Of a stretch of DNA of 64,000 nucleotides, positions 42,938-51,630 are shown piece by piece (position 1 is the first letter of the stretch; every line of letters starts with the position of its first letter). The DNA is taken from contig CAVRJB010000019.1 in assembly GCA_963721385.1 (NCBI GenBank), positions 389,513 through 453,512 of the forward strand, read 5' to 3'. The translations under genes and the position numbers were made by a program. The notes beneath the pieces were generated by a model that had not been told where the DNA came from, ran no database searches, and worked only from the letters and a program-made list of their open reading frames with translations. This DNA is from an uncultured Acidobacteriota bacterium (lineage in GTDB: Bacteria > Acidobacteriota > Thermoanaerobaculia > UBA5066).

Positions 42938-43573
42938 TCAGCCCTTCGAGCCCTTCCGGAGGCGTGTCTGGGTGACCTTGCGCTTCGGCCCCCGGCCGCC
43001 CGAACCGTCCCCCTGGCCGCCCGCGCCCTTGAGCTTGTGCCGCAGCTTTCCGAGAGCGCGGTTCACGGCGCTCTCCCGCGGGAGGAAGCCGAAGACGGGG
43101 TCCTTTCGGAAGCCCACCTGCTCGCCGAACTGCTGGAGAGGGAGATAGCGGGGCGACGCCTTCATCCCCCGATCGATCGCTTCGGCCATCTTCTTCCGGT
43201 TCTTTGCGTGGTGCCAGACGCGGGCGAGGTTCAGGTAGTGCTCGCCGACGAACCTCTCGTTCTTGATCGCGATCTCGCAGAAGGTCGATGCCTCGTTGAA
43301 GTTGCGCGAGTACATCGCGAGGCAGAGGCCGTAATACGAGAGCGCGCTCGCGGGAATGACGTCCCGAATCGTCGCGGCCGTCGGGGCCGCCGAGAACGCC
43401 TCGGTGCTCTTCACCTCCAGCCGCTTGCTGAGGAGGGCGTAGGCCTCGCCAAGATAGTCGAGGCCGTCGCGGTAACGATCGGCCTTGGCCGCGTCGATGC
43501 CGAGCCGGACGAGCTCCATCGCGTCGTTGGCGGCGGTGTGGCTGCTCTCAGGTCTCTTGATCAGCTCGGACAT
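42938..43573 (-). CDS. hypothetical protein with TPR-like helical repeats and a basic C-terminal tail
   Basis: Start at ATG 43573 (MSELIKRPESS). Helical repeat-like YYGLCLAMYSRNFNEASTFCEIAIK / HYLNLARVWHHAKNRKKMAEAIDRG. Tail GKLRHKLKGAGGQGDGSGGRGPKRKVTQTRLRKGSKG. Confidence 0.55.
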   Translation of the reverse strand: MSELIKRPESSHTAANDAMELVRLGIDAAKADRYRDGLDYLGEAYALLSKRLEVKSTEAFSAAPTAATIRDVIPASALSYYGLCLAMYSRNFNEASTFCEIAIKNERFVGEHYLNLARVWHHAKNRKKMAEAIDRGMKASPRYLPLQQFGEQVGFRKDPVFGFLPRESAVNRALGKLRHKLKGAGGQGDGSGGRGPKRKVTQTRLRKGSKG

Positions 43574-43642
43574 CTGCTCCCCGGCTAGGTCCCTGGCGTC
43601 GTGATTCGCGATGGCAGACTGGGTCGCCACTAGTATACCGAC

Positions 43643-44833
43643 GTGAGGACGATCACACTTCGCCACGACCGGGAGGCCGCGACGCGGCGGCGGCATCCAT
43701 GGCTCTTCTCCGGAGCGGTCGCCCGGGAAGCCGGGAGCGACGAAGGGGGTGCCGTCGAGGGGCGGGACGGCTCCGGCGCGCTCCTCGCCCGGGGCTTCGC
43801 CTCTCCCCGCTCTCCGATCGTGGCCCGCTGGTGGACGTTCCGCGACGAGCCGGTGGACGGCGCGCTCGTCGAACGGCGGCTGGACGAGGCCCTCGCGCTC
43901 CGGAAGGCGGTCGTCCCGGGCGAGACCGACGGGTACCGCGTCGTCAACGCCGAAGGCGATTCCCTTCCCGGCCTCGTCGTCGACCGGTACGGCGACGTCC
44001 TCGCCGTTCAGGCGACGACCGAGGGGACGGAGCGCGCCCGGCCGCTCTGGCTCCCGGCGCTCGCGGCCCGCTTCCCCGGCGCGGCGATCTTCCAGAAGAA
44101 CGACCTTTCGTCGCGCGCGGGCGAGGGGCTCGGGACGGAGGACGAGATCCTCGCCGGAGCCGCACTTCCGGCGCGGGCGGCGTTTCGCGAGCGGGGCCTC
44201 TCGTTCGTGGCCGACCTCGTGGGCGGGCAGAAGACGGGGTTCTTCCTCGACCAGCGGGAAAACCGGGACCTCGTGCGGCGCCATGCGGCGGGGCGGCGCG
44301 TCCTGAACCTCTTCGCCTACTCCGGCGCCTTCGGCGTCGCCGCTCTCGCCGGCGGGGCCGAGCGCGTGACCGAGGTCGACGTATCGGCCCCTGCGCTCGC
44401 ACTCGCACGCGAGAACCACCTCGCGAACGGGCAGGCCGTCGAGGGACCGGAGACCCGCGTGGCGTTCGTCGCGGCCGACGTCTTCGACGACCTCCGGGCC
44501 CGCGTCGCCGCGGGCGAGACATGGGACCTGATCGTCACCGACCCGCCCGCCTTCGCGAAGCGGAAGGGGGACGTCGACCGCGCCTGCCGGGGCTACAAGG
44601 ACATCAACCGCCTCGCCCTGAGGCTCCTCGCGCCGGGCGGCCTTCTCCTCGCCTGCTCCTGCTCGGGGCCAGTCGACGCGGCGCTCTTCCAGAAGGTTCT
44701 CTTCGCGGCCGCGCTCGACGCCGGAGTCCCGGCCCGAATCCTCGAGAAGCGCGGCGCGGGTCCCGACCACCCCGTCTCGGTCTACTGTCCCGAAGGGGAG
44801 TACCTCAAGGCGTTCCTCCTCCAGGTGACATGA
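43643..44833 (+). CDS. rlmI: class I SAM-dependent 23S rRNA (cytosine-C5) methyltransferase, RlmI/RlmK-like (PUA + MTase)
   Basis: GTG start. RRHPWLFSGAV, YRVVNAEGDSLPGLVVDRYGD, GQKTGFFLDQREN, NLFAYSGAFGVAA, IVTDPPAFAK. Confidence 0.88.
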   Translation: MRTITLRHDREAATRRRHPWLFSGAVAREAGSDEGGAVEGRDGSGALLARGFASPRSPIVARWWTFRDEPVDGALVERRLDEALALRKAVVPGETDGYRVVNAEGDSLPGLVVDRYGDVLAVQATTEGTERARPLWLPALAARFPGAAIFQKNDLSSRAGEGLGTEDEILAGAALPARAAFRERGLSFVADLVGGQKTGFFLDQRENRDLVRRHAAGRRVLNLFAYSGAFGVAALAGGAERVTEVDVSAPALALARENHLANGQAVEGPETRVAFVAADVFDDLRARVAAGETWDLIVTDPPAFAKRKGDVDRACRGYKDINRLALRLLAPGGLLLACSCSGPVDAALFQKVLFAAALDAGVPARILEKRGAGPDHPVSVYCPEGEYLKAFLLQVT

Positions 44834-46497
44834 AACGGACTTCGTTTCTCCTCGTCGCGGCGCTCGCGGCCACGGCGGCTGGCCAGCAGCCGGCCGATCT
44901 GCCGCGCGTGACGGGATCGGTCGAGACGACGGTCGTCAACATCGACGTCGTCGTGACCGACAGGAAGGGGAACCCGGTCTTCGGCCTCAAGGCGGACGAC
45001 TTCGAAATCCGGCACGACAGGAAACCGGTGACGATCACGAACTTCTCGGAGTACAGGGCCGCTGAGGCCGCTCCGGCTCCTGCCGCGACGCCGGGTCGGG
45101 AGCCCGCCCTCGCGCCGGAGCCAACCGACTTCCCGCGCCCGAAGCGCCTCGTCGTCCTCTACTTCGACCGGCTGGCGCTCTTCGAGAAGTCGACGCGCGA
45201 CGCCCTCTTCGGCTCCCTGAAGAAGCTGCTCGACCGGACTCTCGGGCCCGGCGACGAGGCGACGGTGGTCGCTTGGAACCGGTCGATGAAGACGATCCTC
45301 TCCTTCACGGACGACCGCGACGAGATCGACGCGGCGCTCGCCGCGGTCGAGAAGCAGAGCGCGCGGCTCCCGACCGAGAGCGCCGACCTCGACGCGGTCT
45401 CCGCGGACTCGGCGTGGATCCGGTCGCTTCCGGTGGCCGCGCAGATCGGCGGGACGAGCCAGCTCCCTCGTTCCCTCGCCGCGCAGGCGTATGCCGACCA
45501 GAAGGCGAAGACCGCCGCGCTCAAGGGGCTCGTCGCGACGCTCGGGGGAATGGAGGGGCGGAAGATCGTGGTGCTCGCGTCGCACCGCTTCTCCCGGTAC
45601 GCCGGGCAGGAGTTCTTCCTCGGGAAGCGCGAGACGGGACAGAACGCCCACGGCTTCGACGTGAAGGAGTTCGACGCGAAGGGCCTCCTCGAGGACCTGG
45701 CCGACTCGGCCAACGCCCACCGCGTGACGCTCTACACCCTCTTCCCGGAGGGGTGGGCGATGGAGATGCCGTCGGCGGCCGACTCCCGCAACGACAACCC
45801 GTCGCTCAACGCCCCGGCGGCCGGCGGGCGCTCGCAGCAGGTCTGGGCCAACGAGATGGAGGCTCTCGAGTTCGTCGCGGAGAAGACCGGCGGAATCGCG
45901 GCCAGCGGACCGGCGGAGATCCGGGACATCGTGGCGAAAGTCGCGAGCGACCTCGATTCGTACTACTCGATCGGGTACAGCCCCCCGTCGTCGGGGACGG
46001 GCCGCTTCGCGGTGACGGTCAAGGTGAAGAACCCCGATCTCACCGTCCGAACGCGCCGCTCCCTCGTCGAGAAACCCCCCGAAGAAAAGATGATGGACCG
46101 GGTCCTCGCGAACCTCTTCGTGCGGGACCGGCAGGGGCACCTGCCGATCGAGGTGGTGGCGCAGAAGGCCGTCGCGAAGAAAGGGCAGCTCCGCGTTTCG
46201 CTCGAAGTGAGGGTCCCGATCGCGCCGCTCGCGCTCCAGCCGACGGCTCGGGGCGTCAAGGGCGCATTCTCGGTCTTCATCGCGGCGGCCGGCCCGGGGG
46301 GCGAGTTCTCCGAAGTCACCCGCCAGTCGCGAACGTTCGAAATCCTGTCGCGCGACCTCGCGAAGGCGAAGGCGGGACACTACACGTACGCGCTGGACGT
46401 CTTCGTGAACAGCCCGAGCGCACGCGTCTCGATCGGCGTCTGGGACGAGTTCGGCCGCGAGTCAGGCTTCGCGGTGGTGGCCCCGCCGCCGTCATAA
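44830..46497 (+). CDS. VWA-domain protein of the 'VWFA-related acidobacterial domain' type, secreted
   Basis: ATG overlaps the rlmI stop (ATGA). Signal peptide. ETTVVNIDVVVTDRKGNPVFGLKADDFEIRHDRKPVTITNF is the characteristic N-terminal module. The family call is from memory of TIGR03436. Confidence 0.8.
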   Translation: MKRTSFLLVAALAATAAGQQPADLPRVTGSVETTVVNIDVVVTDRKGNPVFGLKADDFEIRHDRKPVTITNFSEYRAAEAAPAPAATPGREPALAPEPTDFPRPKRLVVLYFDRLALFEKSTRDALFGSLKKLLDRTLGPGDEATVVAWNRSMKTILSFTDDRDEIDAALAAVEKQSARLPTESADLDAVSADSAWIRSLPVAAQIGGTSQLPRSLAAQAYADQKAKTAALKGLVATLGGMEGRKIVVLASHRFSRYAGQEFFLGKRETGQNAHGFDVKEFDAKGLLEDLADSANAHRVTLYTLFPEGWAMEMPSAADSRNDNPSLNAPAAGGRSQQVWANEMEALEFVAEKTGGIAASGPAEIRDIVAKVASDLDSYYSIGYSPPSSGTGRFAVTVKVKNPDLTVRTRRSLVEKPPEEKMMDRVLANLFVRDRQGHLPIEVVAQKAVAKKGQLRVSLEVRVPIAPLALQPTARGVKGAFSVFIAAAGPGGEFSEVTRQSRTFEILSRDLAKAKAGHYTYALDVFVNSPSARVSIGVWDEFGRESGFAVVAPPPS

Positions 46498-46508
46498 TCG
46501 CGGAGGCC

Positions 46509-47687
46509 ATGCCGCCAGTCGTCGCCCTCGTCGGACCGGTCCCGCCGTGGCGGAGCGGGATCGCGGACCAGGGAGCGCGCCTCGTCGCGGCGATGCGGCG
46601 GCTCGGGCACGACCCGCTCGTCGTGACGTACCGTCGGATGTACCCGCCATTCCTCTATCCCGGCCACGTCGACCGGGAGGAACGCGAGTTCCTCTCGCCG
46701 GGCGGGGAGTGGCACGCGCCGCTCGATGGCTACAACCCGCTCTCGTTCGTCGGGGCGGCGCGCGTCGTCGCGGAGCGGGGCGCGGCGCTCGCGATCGTGC
46801 CGTGGTGGACGGCGTTCTGGGGGCCCCACACCGTGGCGTTCCTCGCCACGCTCGGCGCGGAAAGCCCGGAAACGGTGAAGCTCCTTCTCTGCCACAACGT
46901 CTGGGACCACGAGACCGGCCCGTTCTCCGCGGCCCTGACGCGGGTCGTCCTCCGCCGCGCCGACCGGATCGTCGTCCAGAACCGCCGGGCCGAGGCGGAG
47001 GTCCGCGGCGAGCTCGGCGAGAAGCCCATCGCCGTTCTCCCGCACCCGTCCGAGCCGCGCGCGATCCTCCCGGACCGGGGCGACGCTCGCGCGCGTCTCG
47101 GCGTGCCGCCTGACGCACCGCTCTTCCTCTTCAGCGGGATCCTGCGACCGTACAAGGGGTGGGACCTCCTCCTCGACGCGTTCCGCGAGGTCCGCCGCGA
47201 GTTCCCGCGAGCGCTGCTCGTCCTCGCGGGCGAGCCGTGGGGCGACGCGGCTCGCCTCGCGGCCGAGGCCGGAGCGGCCGCACGGGCGGGCCGGCGCTTC
47301 TCCGGGGAGCGCGCCGCTTTCTCGGGGGTCCGGCTGGAGCTGCGCTATCTGCCGGAGGACGAGCGGACGCTCTGGTTCGCGGCCTGCGACGCCGTCGTCT
47401 GTCCCTACCGCCATGCGACCGGCTCGGGGATCGCCGCGGACGCGATCGCGTTCGCGCGCCCCGTGATCGGGACCCGCGTCGACGGACTCCTCGAGGTCGT
47501 CGAGGACGGTGCCTCCGGCCTTCTCGTCCCACCGGAGAACGCCGCGGCGCTGGCCGCCGCGATGATCCGCTTCGTCCGCGAGGGACTGGGGCCGCGCCTG
47601 TCCGCGGGGGCCGCGGCGCGAGCGAGGCACTTCCATCCGGACGACCACGCGCGGCGGCTCCTCGACTTCGGCGGTATTTCCGGCTGA
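46509..47687 (+). CDS. GT4-family (GT-B fold) glycosyltransferase
   Basis: VALVGPVPPWRSGIADQG, a PYKGWDLLLDAF...LVLAGEP pattern, and GSGIAADAIAFARPVIGTRVDGLLEVVEDGASGLLVPPEN. Confidence 0.82.
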   Translation: MPPVVALVGPVPPWRSGIADQGARLVAAMRRLGHDPLVVTYRRMYPPFLYPGHVDREEREFLSPGGEWHAPLDGYNPLSFVGAARVVAERGAALAIVPWWTAFWGPHTVAFLATLGAESPETVKLLLCHNVWDHETGPFSAALTRVVLRRADRIVVQNRRAEAEVRGELGEKPIAVLPHPSEPRAILPDRGDARARLGVPPDAPLFLFSGILRPYKGWDLLLDAFREVRREFPRALLVLAGEPWGDAARLAAEAGAAARAGRRFSGERAAFSGVRLELRYLPEDERTLWFAACDAVVCPYRHATGSGIAADAIAFARPVIGTRVDGLLEVVEDGASGLLVPPENAAALAAAMIRFVREGLGPRLSAGAAARARHFHPDDHARRLLDFGGISG

Positions 47688-47711
47688 CGGCGATTGGTAG
47701 ACTCCCCGCCG

Positions 47712-48518
47712 ATGGCGATGACGAAGATGTTCCGCGACCGGGTCGTGTCGACGGAACAGACGCAGGAGATCGGAGAGAAGCACCTCGACCTCTTGAGGGA
47801 GCTCGTGACCGAGGCGCTTCCGGGGTGGCGGGTCACGGAGCACGGGCTCGACCACGAGCCGGACCTCTTCTTCCTCGTGATGGCGCACGAGGCTTCGGGC
47901 GCGACGAAGAGGGTGAGCTTCACGCGAATGATCCTGTCCGACGCCGGGCGGGTCCCGGCGATCGCCGAGGACCGGAACGCGCCGGTCCGCGGCCGGCTCG
48001 TCGAAATTCTCCGGTCCCGGGCGGCGCGGCCGGAGATTCTCCTGAAGGCCGGAGACCTCCTCGCCGACGAGGAGCAGGCCGAGGCCGACGCCATCGAGGC
48101 CGAGTGGCGGAAGAAGCATGAGGCCGAGCTGGCCGCCAAGCGCGCCGAGGAGGAGCGCCGGGAGCTCGAGAAGCAGAAGAAACGCCAGGAAGAGGAGACA
48201 CGTCGGCGGGCCCAGCGCGAGCGCGCGGCTCCAGGGGCTCCAGCGGCCGGAACGGCGGGCCGGCCGGGCCGCGGAGGCCGCCGGCGCCGCGGGCGCGGCG
48301 GACAGGGGAGCCCGGCAGGAGAAGCCGAGCGGGGACCGCAGTCCGGACAGCCCAGGAAGGCCGCTCCGCCTCAGACCCAGCCCCGGCCGCAGTCTCCTCG
48401 CCCGCCGCCGCAGGCGCCGTCCCCGCAGGGACAACCCGGCGCGGGGGGCGGCGGACGCCGCCGCCGCCGCCGCGGGCGTCGCGGGGGCGGCCCCCCGGCC
48501 GCGCCGTCCCAGCCCTAG
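47712..48518 (+). CDS. hypothetical protein: ~125-aa N-terminal domain + charged helix + Arg/Gly/Pro/Gln-rich disordered tail
   Basis: ATG 47712 (alternative TTG 47694). EEQAEADAIEAEWRKKHEAELAAKRAEEERRELEKQKKRQEEETRRRAQRE is followed by [17 protein letters not shown]...PQTQPRPQSPRPPPQAPSPQGQPGAGGGGRRRRRRGRRGG. Confidence 0.55.
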   Translation: MAMTKMFRDRVVSTEQTQEIGEKHLDLLRELVTEALPGWRVTEHGLDHEPDLFFLVMAHEASGATKRVSFTRMILSDAGRVPAIAEDRNAPVRGRLVEILRSRAARPEILLKAGDLLADEEQAEADAIEAEWRKKHEAELAAKRAEEERRELEKQKKRQEEETRRRAQRERAAPGAPAAGTAGRPGRGGRRRRGRGGQGSPAGEAERGPQSGQPRKAAPPQTQPRPQSPRPPPQAPSPQGQPGAGGGGRRRRRRGRRGGGPPAAPSQP

Positions 48519-48531
48519 TTCGCGGAGAAGC

Positions 48532-49449
48532 TCAGAGCACCGCGCCGCACTGCGAGCAGAAAACGTCGCCGTCGCGGCGCCCCGGGTGCCTGCAGGCGCC
48601 GACCTCCTCCGCCGGCTTCTCCAACGGGACCGGGAGGAGCTGAAGGCGGGCCTCCTGCGGGCCGACGCCGAGCAGCTCCACGCGGCGCTTCTGCGTCTCC
48701 CCGTCCGGCGGCGTGAAGGCGACGACGAACCCTCCGTCCTTGGAGCAGCGCTCCTTGAACCAGACGGCGAGAGGCGCAAGGAGCGCTCCCGAGAGACGCC
48801 GCGTGAGGACGGCGCCCGCCATGTCGAACGTCCTGACGAAGCCGCCGTGTGCGTCGGAGCCGAGGACGAGCTCGGTCGCCCCGATCCGGAGCGCGTCGGT
48901 GACGAGGGCCTTGCCGAGCTTCTCGATCGAGTCGAGGGCGACGCGGCGGTGGATGACCGACGAGTTTTCCCGCGCCCCCGGCGCGGGCCCGATCCGCGGG
49001 GGCGCGGGGTCGGGCCGCCCCTTCTCGAACCAGTCGAGGAGCTCCTCGAGCACGGGGTCGGGCGTGACGTGAAGCGAGATCGTGAACCCCGACGCCGCCT
49101 CCAGGATCTTTCCGAGGACCGGGTTCCGCGGGTCGGAGACCGCGACGTGGAGGAGCTTCCCCTCGTGGCGGAACGGGAGCGCGCGGAGGCGTCGGCGCTC
49201 CCGGGCCGGGAGCGAGTCGACGAGGTCGGGATCCGCGCCCGCGAGCTCCTCGCGGAGCGCGCCCGGCAGCGAGTACTCGCGTGACAGCGCCGACGTCAGC
49301 ACTTCCTCGGTGACGGCGCCTGTCTCGAAAAGAGCCCGCTCGATCGTGCCGCCGTGCTCGCGCCGCCAGGTCGAGGCGCGCCCCAGCCGCCGGACGGTGA
49401 GCTCTCCGGCTTCGACGAGGGCGTCTCCCACTCCGTGGCGGACGGTCAT
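48532..49449 (-). CDS. GspE/T2SS-E N-terminal-domain protein without an ATPase core, with C-terminal Cys pairs
   Basis: GDALVEAGELTVRRL and ERALFETGAVTEEVLTSALSREYSLP resemble T2SSE_N (MshEN-like) helices. LVTDALRIGATELVLGSDAHGGFVRTFDMAG resembles the N2 region that precedes the secretion ATPase core. There is no Walker A. It ends ACRHPGRRDGDVFCSQCGAVL. Confidence 0.65.
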   Translation of the reverse strand: MTVRHGVGDALVEAGELTVRRLGRASTWRREHGGTIERALFETGAVTEEVLTSALSREYSLPGALREELAGADPDLVDSLPARERRRLRALPFRHEGKLLHVAVSDPRNPVLGKILEAASGFTISLHVTPDPVLEELLDWFEKGRPDPAPPRIGPAPGARENSSVIHRRVALDSIEKLGKALVTDALRIGATELVLGSDAHGGFVRTFDMAGAVLTRRLSGALLAPLAVWFKERCSKDGGFVVAFTPPDGETQKRRVELLGVGPQEARLQLLPVPLEKPAEEVGACRHPGRRDGDVFCSQCGAVL

Positions 49450-49476
49450 GTGCGTTCTTCCGTGACCCCCTGGAGT

Positions 49477-51253
49477 TTATCGAAGCGGGAAGTAGTCGCG
49501 CCAGCGCCGGTCCACGAGCGCCGCGGTGGCCGGGTCGGCCTCGACCTCCTTCGGCATCCACGGCTTGGTCCGGGCGTCGATCACGACGGGCGGCGAGAAG
49601 GCGACGTGGTTCCGCGCGATCGATTTCCTCCCGTGGAGGTCGGCGGCAGGCTCGAAGCGGGTGAAGACCCGCCACAGGAAGCTCCGCTCGTCCTTCGCGG
49701 TCGCCAAAGCGTCGTCGGTGAGGACGACGAACGGCCACCCGGAGACCGCCGGGTCGGCCGCGAGGCGCCCGGGGAAGGCCGCGTCTTCGTGAAACGACGG
49801 CCCTTCGACGACGAGGGCGCCGGGCGCGAAAACCGCGGCCGCGCGCGTTCCGGCCGGCAGCGGGCCCGAGAACTCGCCGGGCAGGTCCCGGATCGCGTCG
49901 CCGAGGCCGAGGAGGACCCCCTTCGATCCCTCGTTCACCTTCGGCCCGGTGTAGTCGAGCGTGTCCATCGCGAGATTCGAGAAGACGAACAGGTCCGTCT
50001 CGAAGCGGCAGCGGGCGAGGACGTGGGCGAGGAGCCCGCGGAAGTCGCGGAGATCGCGCCGCGCGTCGGTCAGGAGGAGGAACTTCGTCAGGGAGAGCTG
50101 CCCCTCGCCGAGGATCCGGAAGGCCGAGCCCATCGCCTCGCGCCCATACCGGTCCTTCACGACCGCGGCCGCGAGGGAGTGGAAGCCGGTGTCGCCGTAG
50201 CTCCAGAGGCTGACGACGCTCGGCATCACGAGCGGGAAGAGCGGCGACAGCAGCTCCTGCAGGAGGTCGCCGATGTAGAAGTCCTCCTGCCGCGGCTTTC
50301 CGACGACGGTCGCGGGGAAGATCGCGTCGCGGCGCCGGAAGACGCGGTCGACCTCGAGGACCGGGTAATCGTGCGCCAGCGAGTAATAGCCGTAGTGGTC
50401 GCCGAAGGGGCCCTCGGGGCGGCGGACATTCGGAGGCACGCTCCCCGTGATCGCGAACTCCGCGTCGGCGACGAGACGGTGCGGAGCGCCCGGCACCGAG
50501 GCCATGGGCAGGCGCCGGCCCAGAAGCAGCGACGCGACGAGCAGCTCCGGGATCCCTTCCGGAAGCGGCGCGACGGCGCCGAGGATCAGCGCCGGCGGGC
50601 CGCCGAGGAAGACGGTGAGCGGCAGCGCCTCTCCCTTCGCCTCCGCCTCGTGGTAATGGAAGCCCCCGCCCTTGCCGATCTGCCAGTGAACTCCGAGGAG
50701 GGACGGGCGAGTGGACCTGCATCCGGTAGATCCCCAGGTTGGACTCCCGGTGTCCGGGCCGGTCCTGCAAGCCGGTGGCAGGTTTTTCCGAATAGACGAG
50801 CGGGAGCGTCAGGAACGGCCCGCCGTCCTCCGGCCACGTGGTCGTCGCCGGCAGCCGCGTCAGGTCGGGAGTCGTCTCGACGACCTCCGTCACGGGTGCT
50901 GCCGGGACGTCCTTCGTCCCGACGCGGAGCGCGTCGCCGAGGAACGAGCGGAACCCCCAGAGCCTCGCAGGCGTCGGCGGGACGAGCTCCGTCGCCGCGC
51001 GGGCGGCGGTCCTCATGAAGTCGAGGGGGCGCCGGCCGAAGGCGAGATCGAGCCGCTTCGGCGTTCCGAAGAGATTCGTCACGACCGGGAAAGACGCGCC
51101 CTTCGGGTTCCGGAAGAGGAGCGCCGGCCCTCCCTGCTCGATCACCCGCCGGTGGATCTCGGGGATCTCGAGCTTCGGGTCGGCCTCGGCCTCGACCTCG
51201 ACGAGGTCCCCCTCGCGGCGGAGCGCCGCGAGGAACTCACGGAGGTCCCTCAC
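49477..51253 (-). pseudogene. UbiD-family (prFMN-dependent) decarboxylase, split by one frameshift near 50690-50715 as given
   Basis: N-terminal part (frame of GTG 51253): MRDLREFLAALRREGDLVEVEAEADPKLEIPEIHRRVIEQGGPALLFRNPKG...NLGIYRMQVHS. It continues one frame over as RPSLLGVHWQIGKGGGFHYHEAE...MASVPGAPHRLVADAEFAITG...PFGDHYGYY, ending at TAA 49477. Confidence 0.85.
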
Positions 51254-51630
51254 TTGGGCAGCGCCTCCAGCGTCGTCGTCCGGAGGAGGTCGAGCGCCCG
51301 CTTGCGAATCGGGCCGAGGAGCGCCCCCGCGGGGCCGCGGAGCGGCGGGAAGGCGGCGTCCAGCTCGTCGCGCCCGTCCAGCGCGAGGACGACGTCGGCC
51401 ACGGTGATCTCCGAGGAGGGCCGCCCGAGGACGAAGCCGCCCGTCCGCCCGCGCTTCGACCGGAGGAGACCGGCGTGGGCGAGGCGCTTCAGGACCTGTG
51501 CGAGGAAGGGGGCCGGGACACCCGCGGCTTCCGCAAGCTCCCTCACGCCGCGCCCTTTCGCGTGAGCGCCGGGCCCGGGGAGGAGCGGCAGCGCCGCGAG
51601 CGCGACCTCGGCGGCGCGCGAGAGGATCAT
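51250..51630 (-). CDS. Rrf2-family transcriptional regulator (no Cys residues)
   Basis: ATG 51630 overlaps the upstream stop (ATGA). VRELAEAAGVPAPFLAQVLKRLAHAGLLRSKRGRTGGFVL is the wHTH. 126 aa. Confidence 0.8.
   Translation of the reverse strand: MILSRAAEVALAALPLLPGPGAHAKGRGVRELAEAAGVPAPFLAQVLKRLAHAGLLRSKRGRTGGFVLGRPSSEITVADVVLALDGRDELDAAFPPLRGPAGALLGPIRKRALDLLRTTTLEALPK

Noticed and set aside
46380-48779. 799-aa minus-strand ORF, and other long alternative-frame ORFs in the track (e.g. 25101-26780, 42938-44770 N-terminal part, 43699-46497 N-terminal part, 51250-52782 N-terminal part, 54486-56420 / 55643-57583 / 56806-58479 N-terminal parts)
   Set aside because: In each case only the 3-prime portion matches a protein family. 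The upstream extension overlaps a well-supported gene in another frame and is Arg/Pro-rich, so I trimmed starts to internal start codons at operon junctions.
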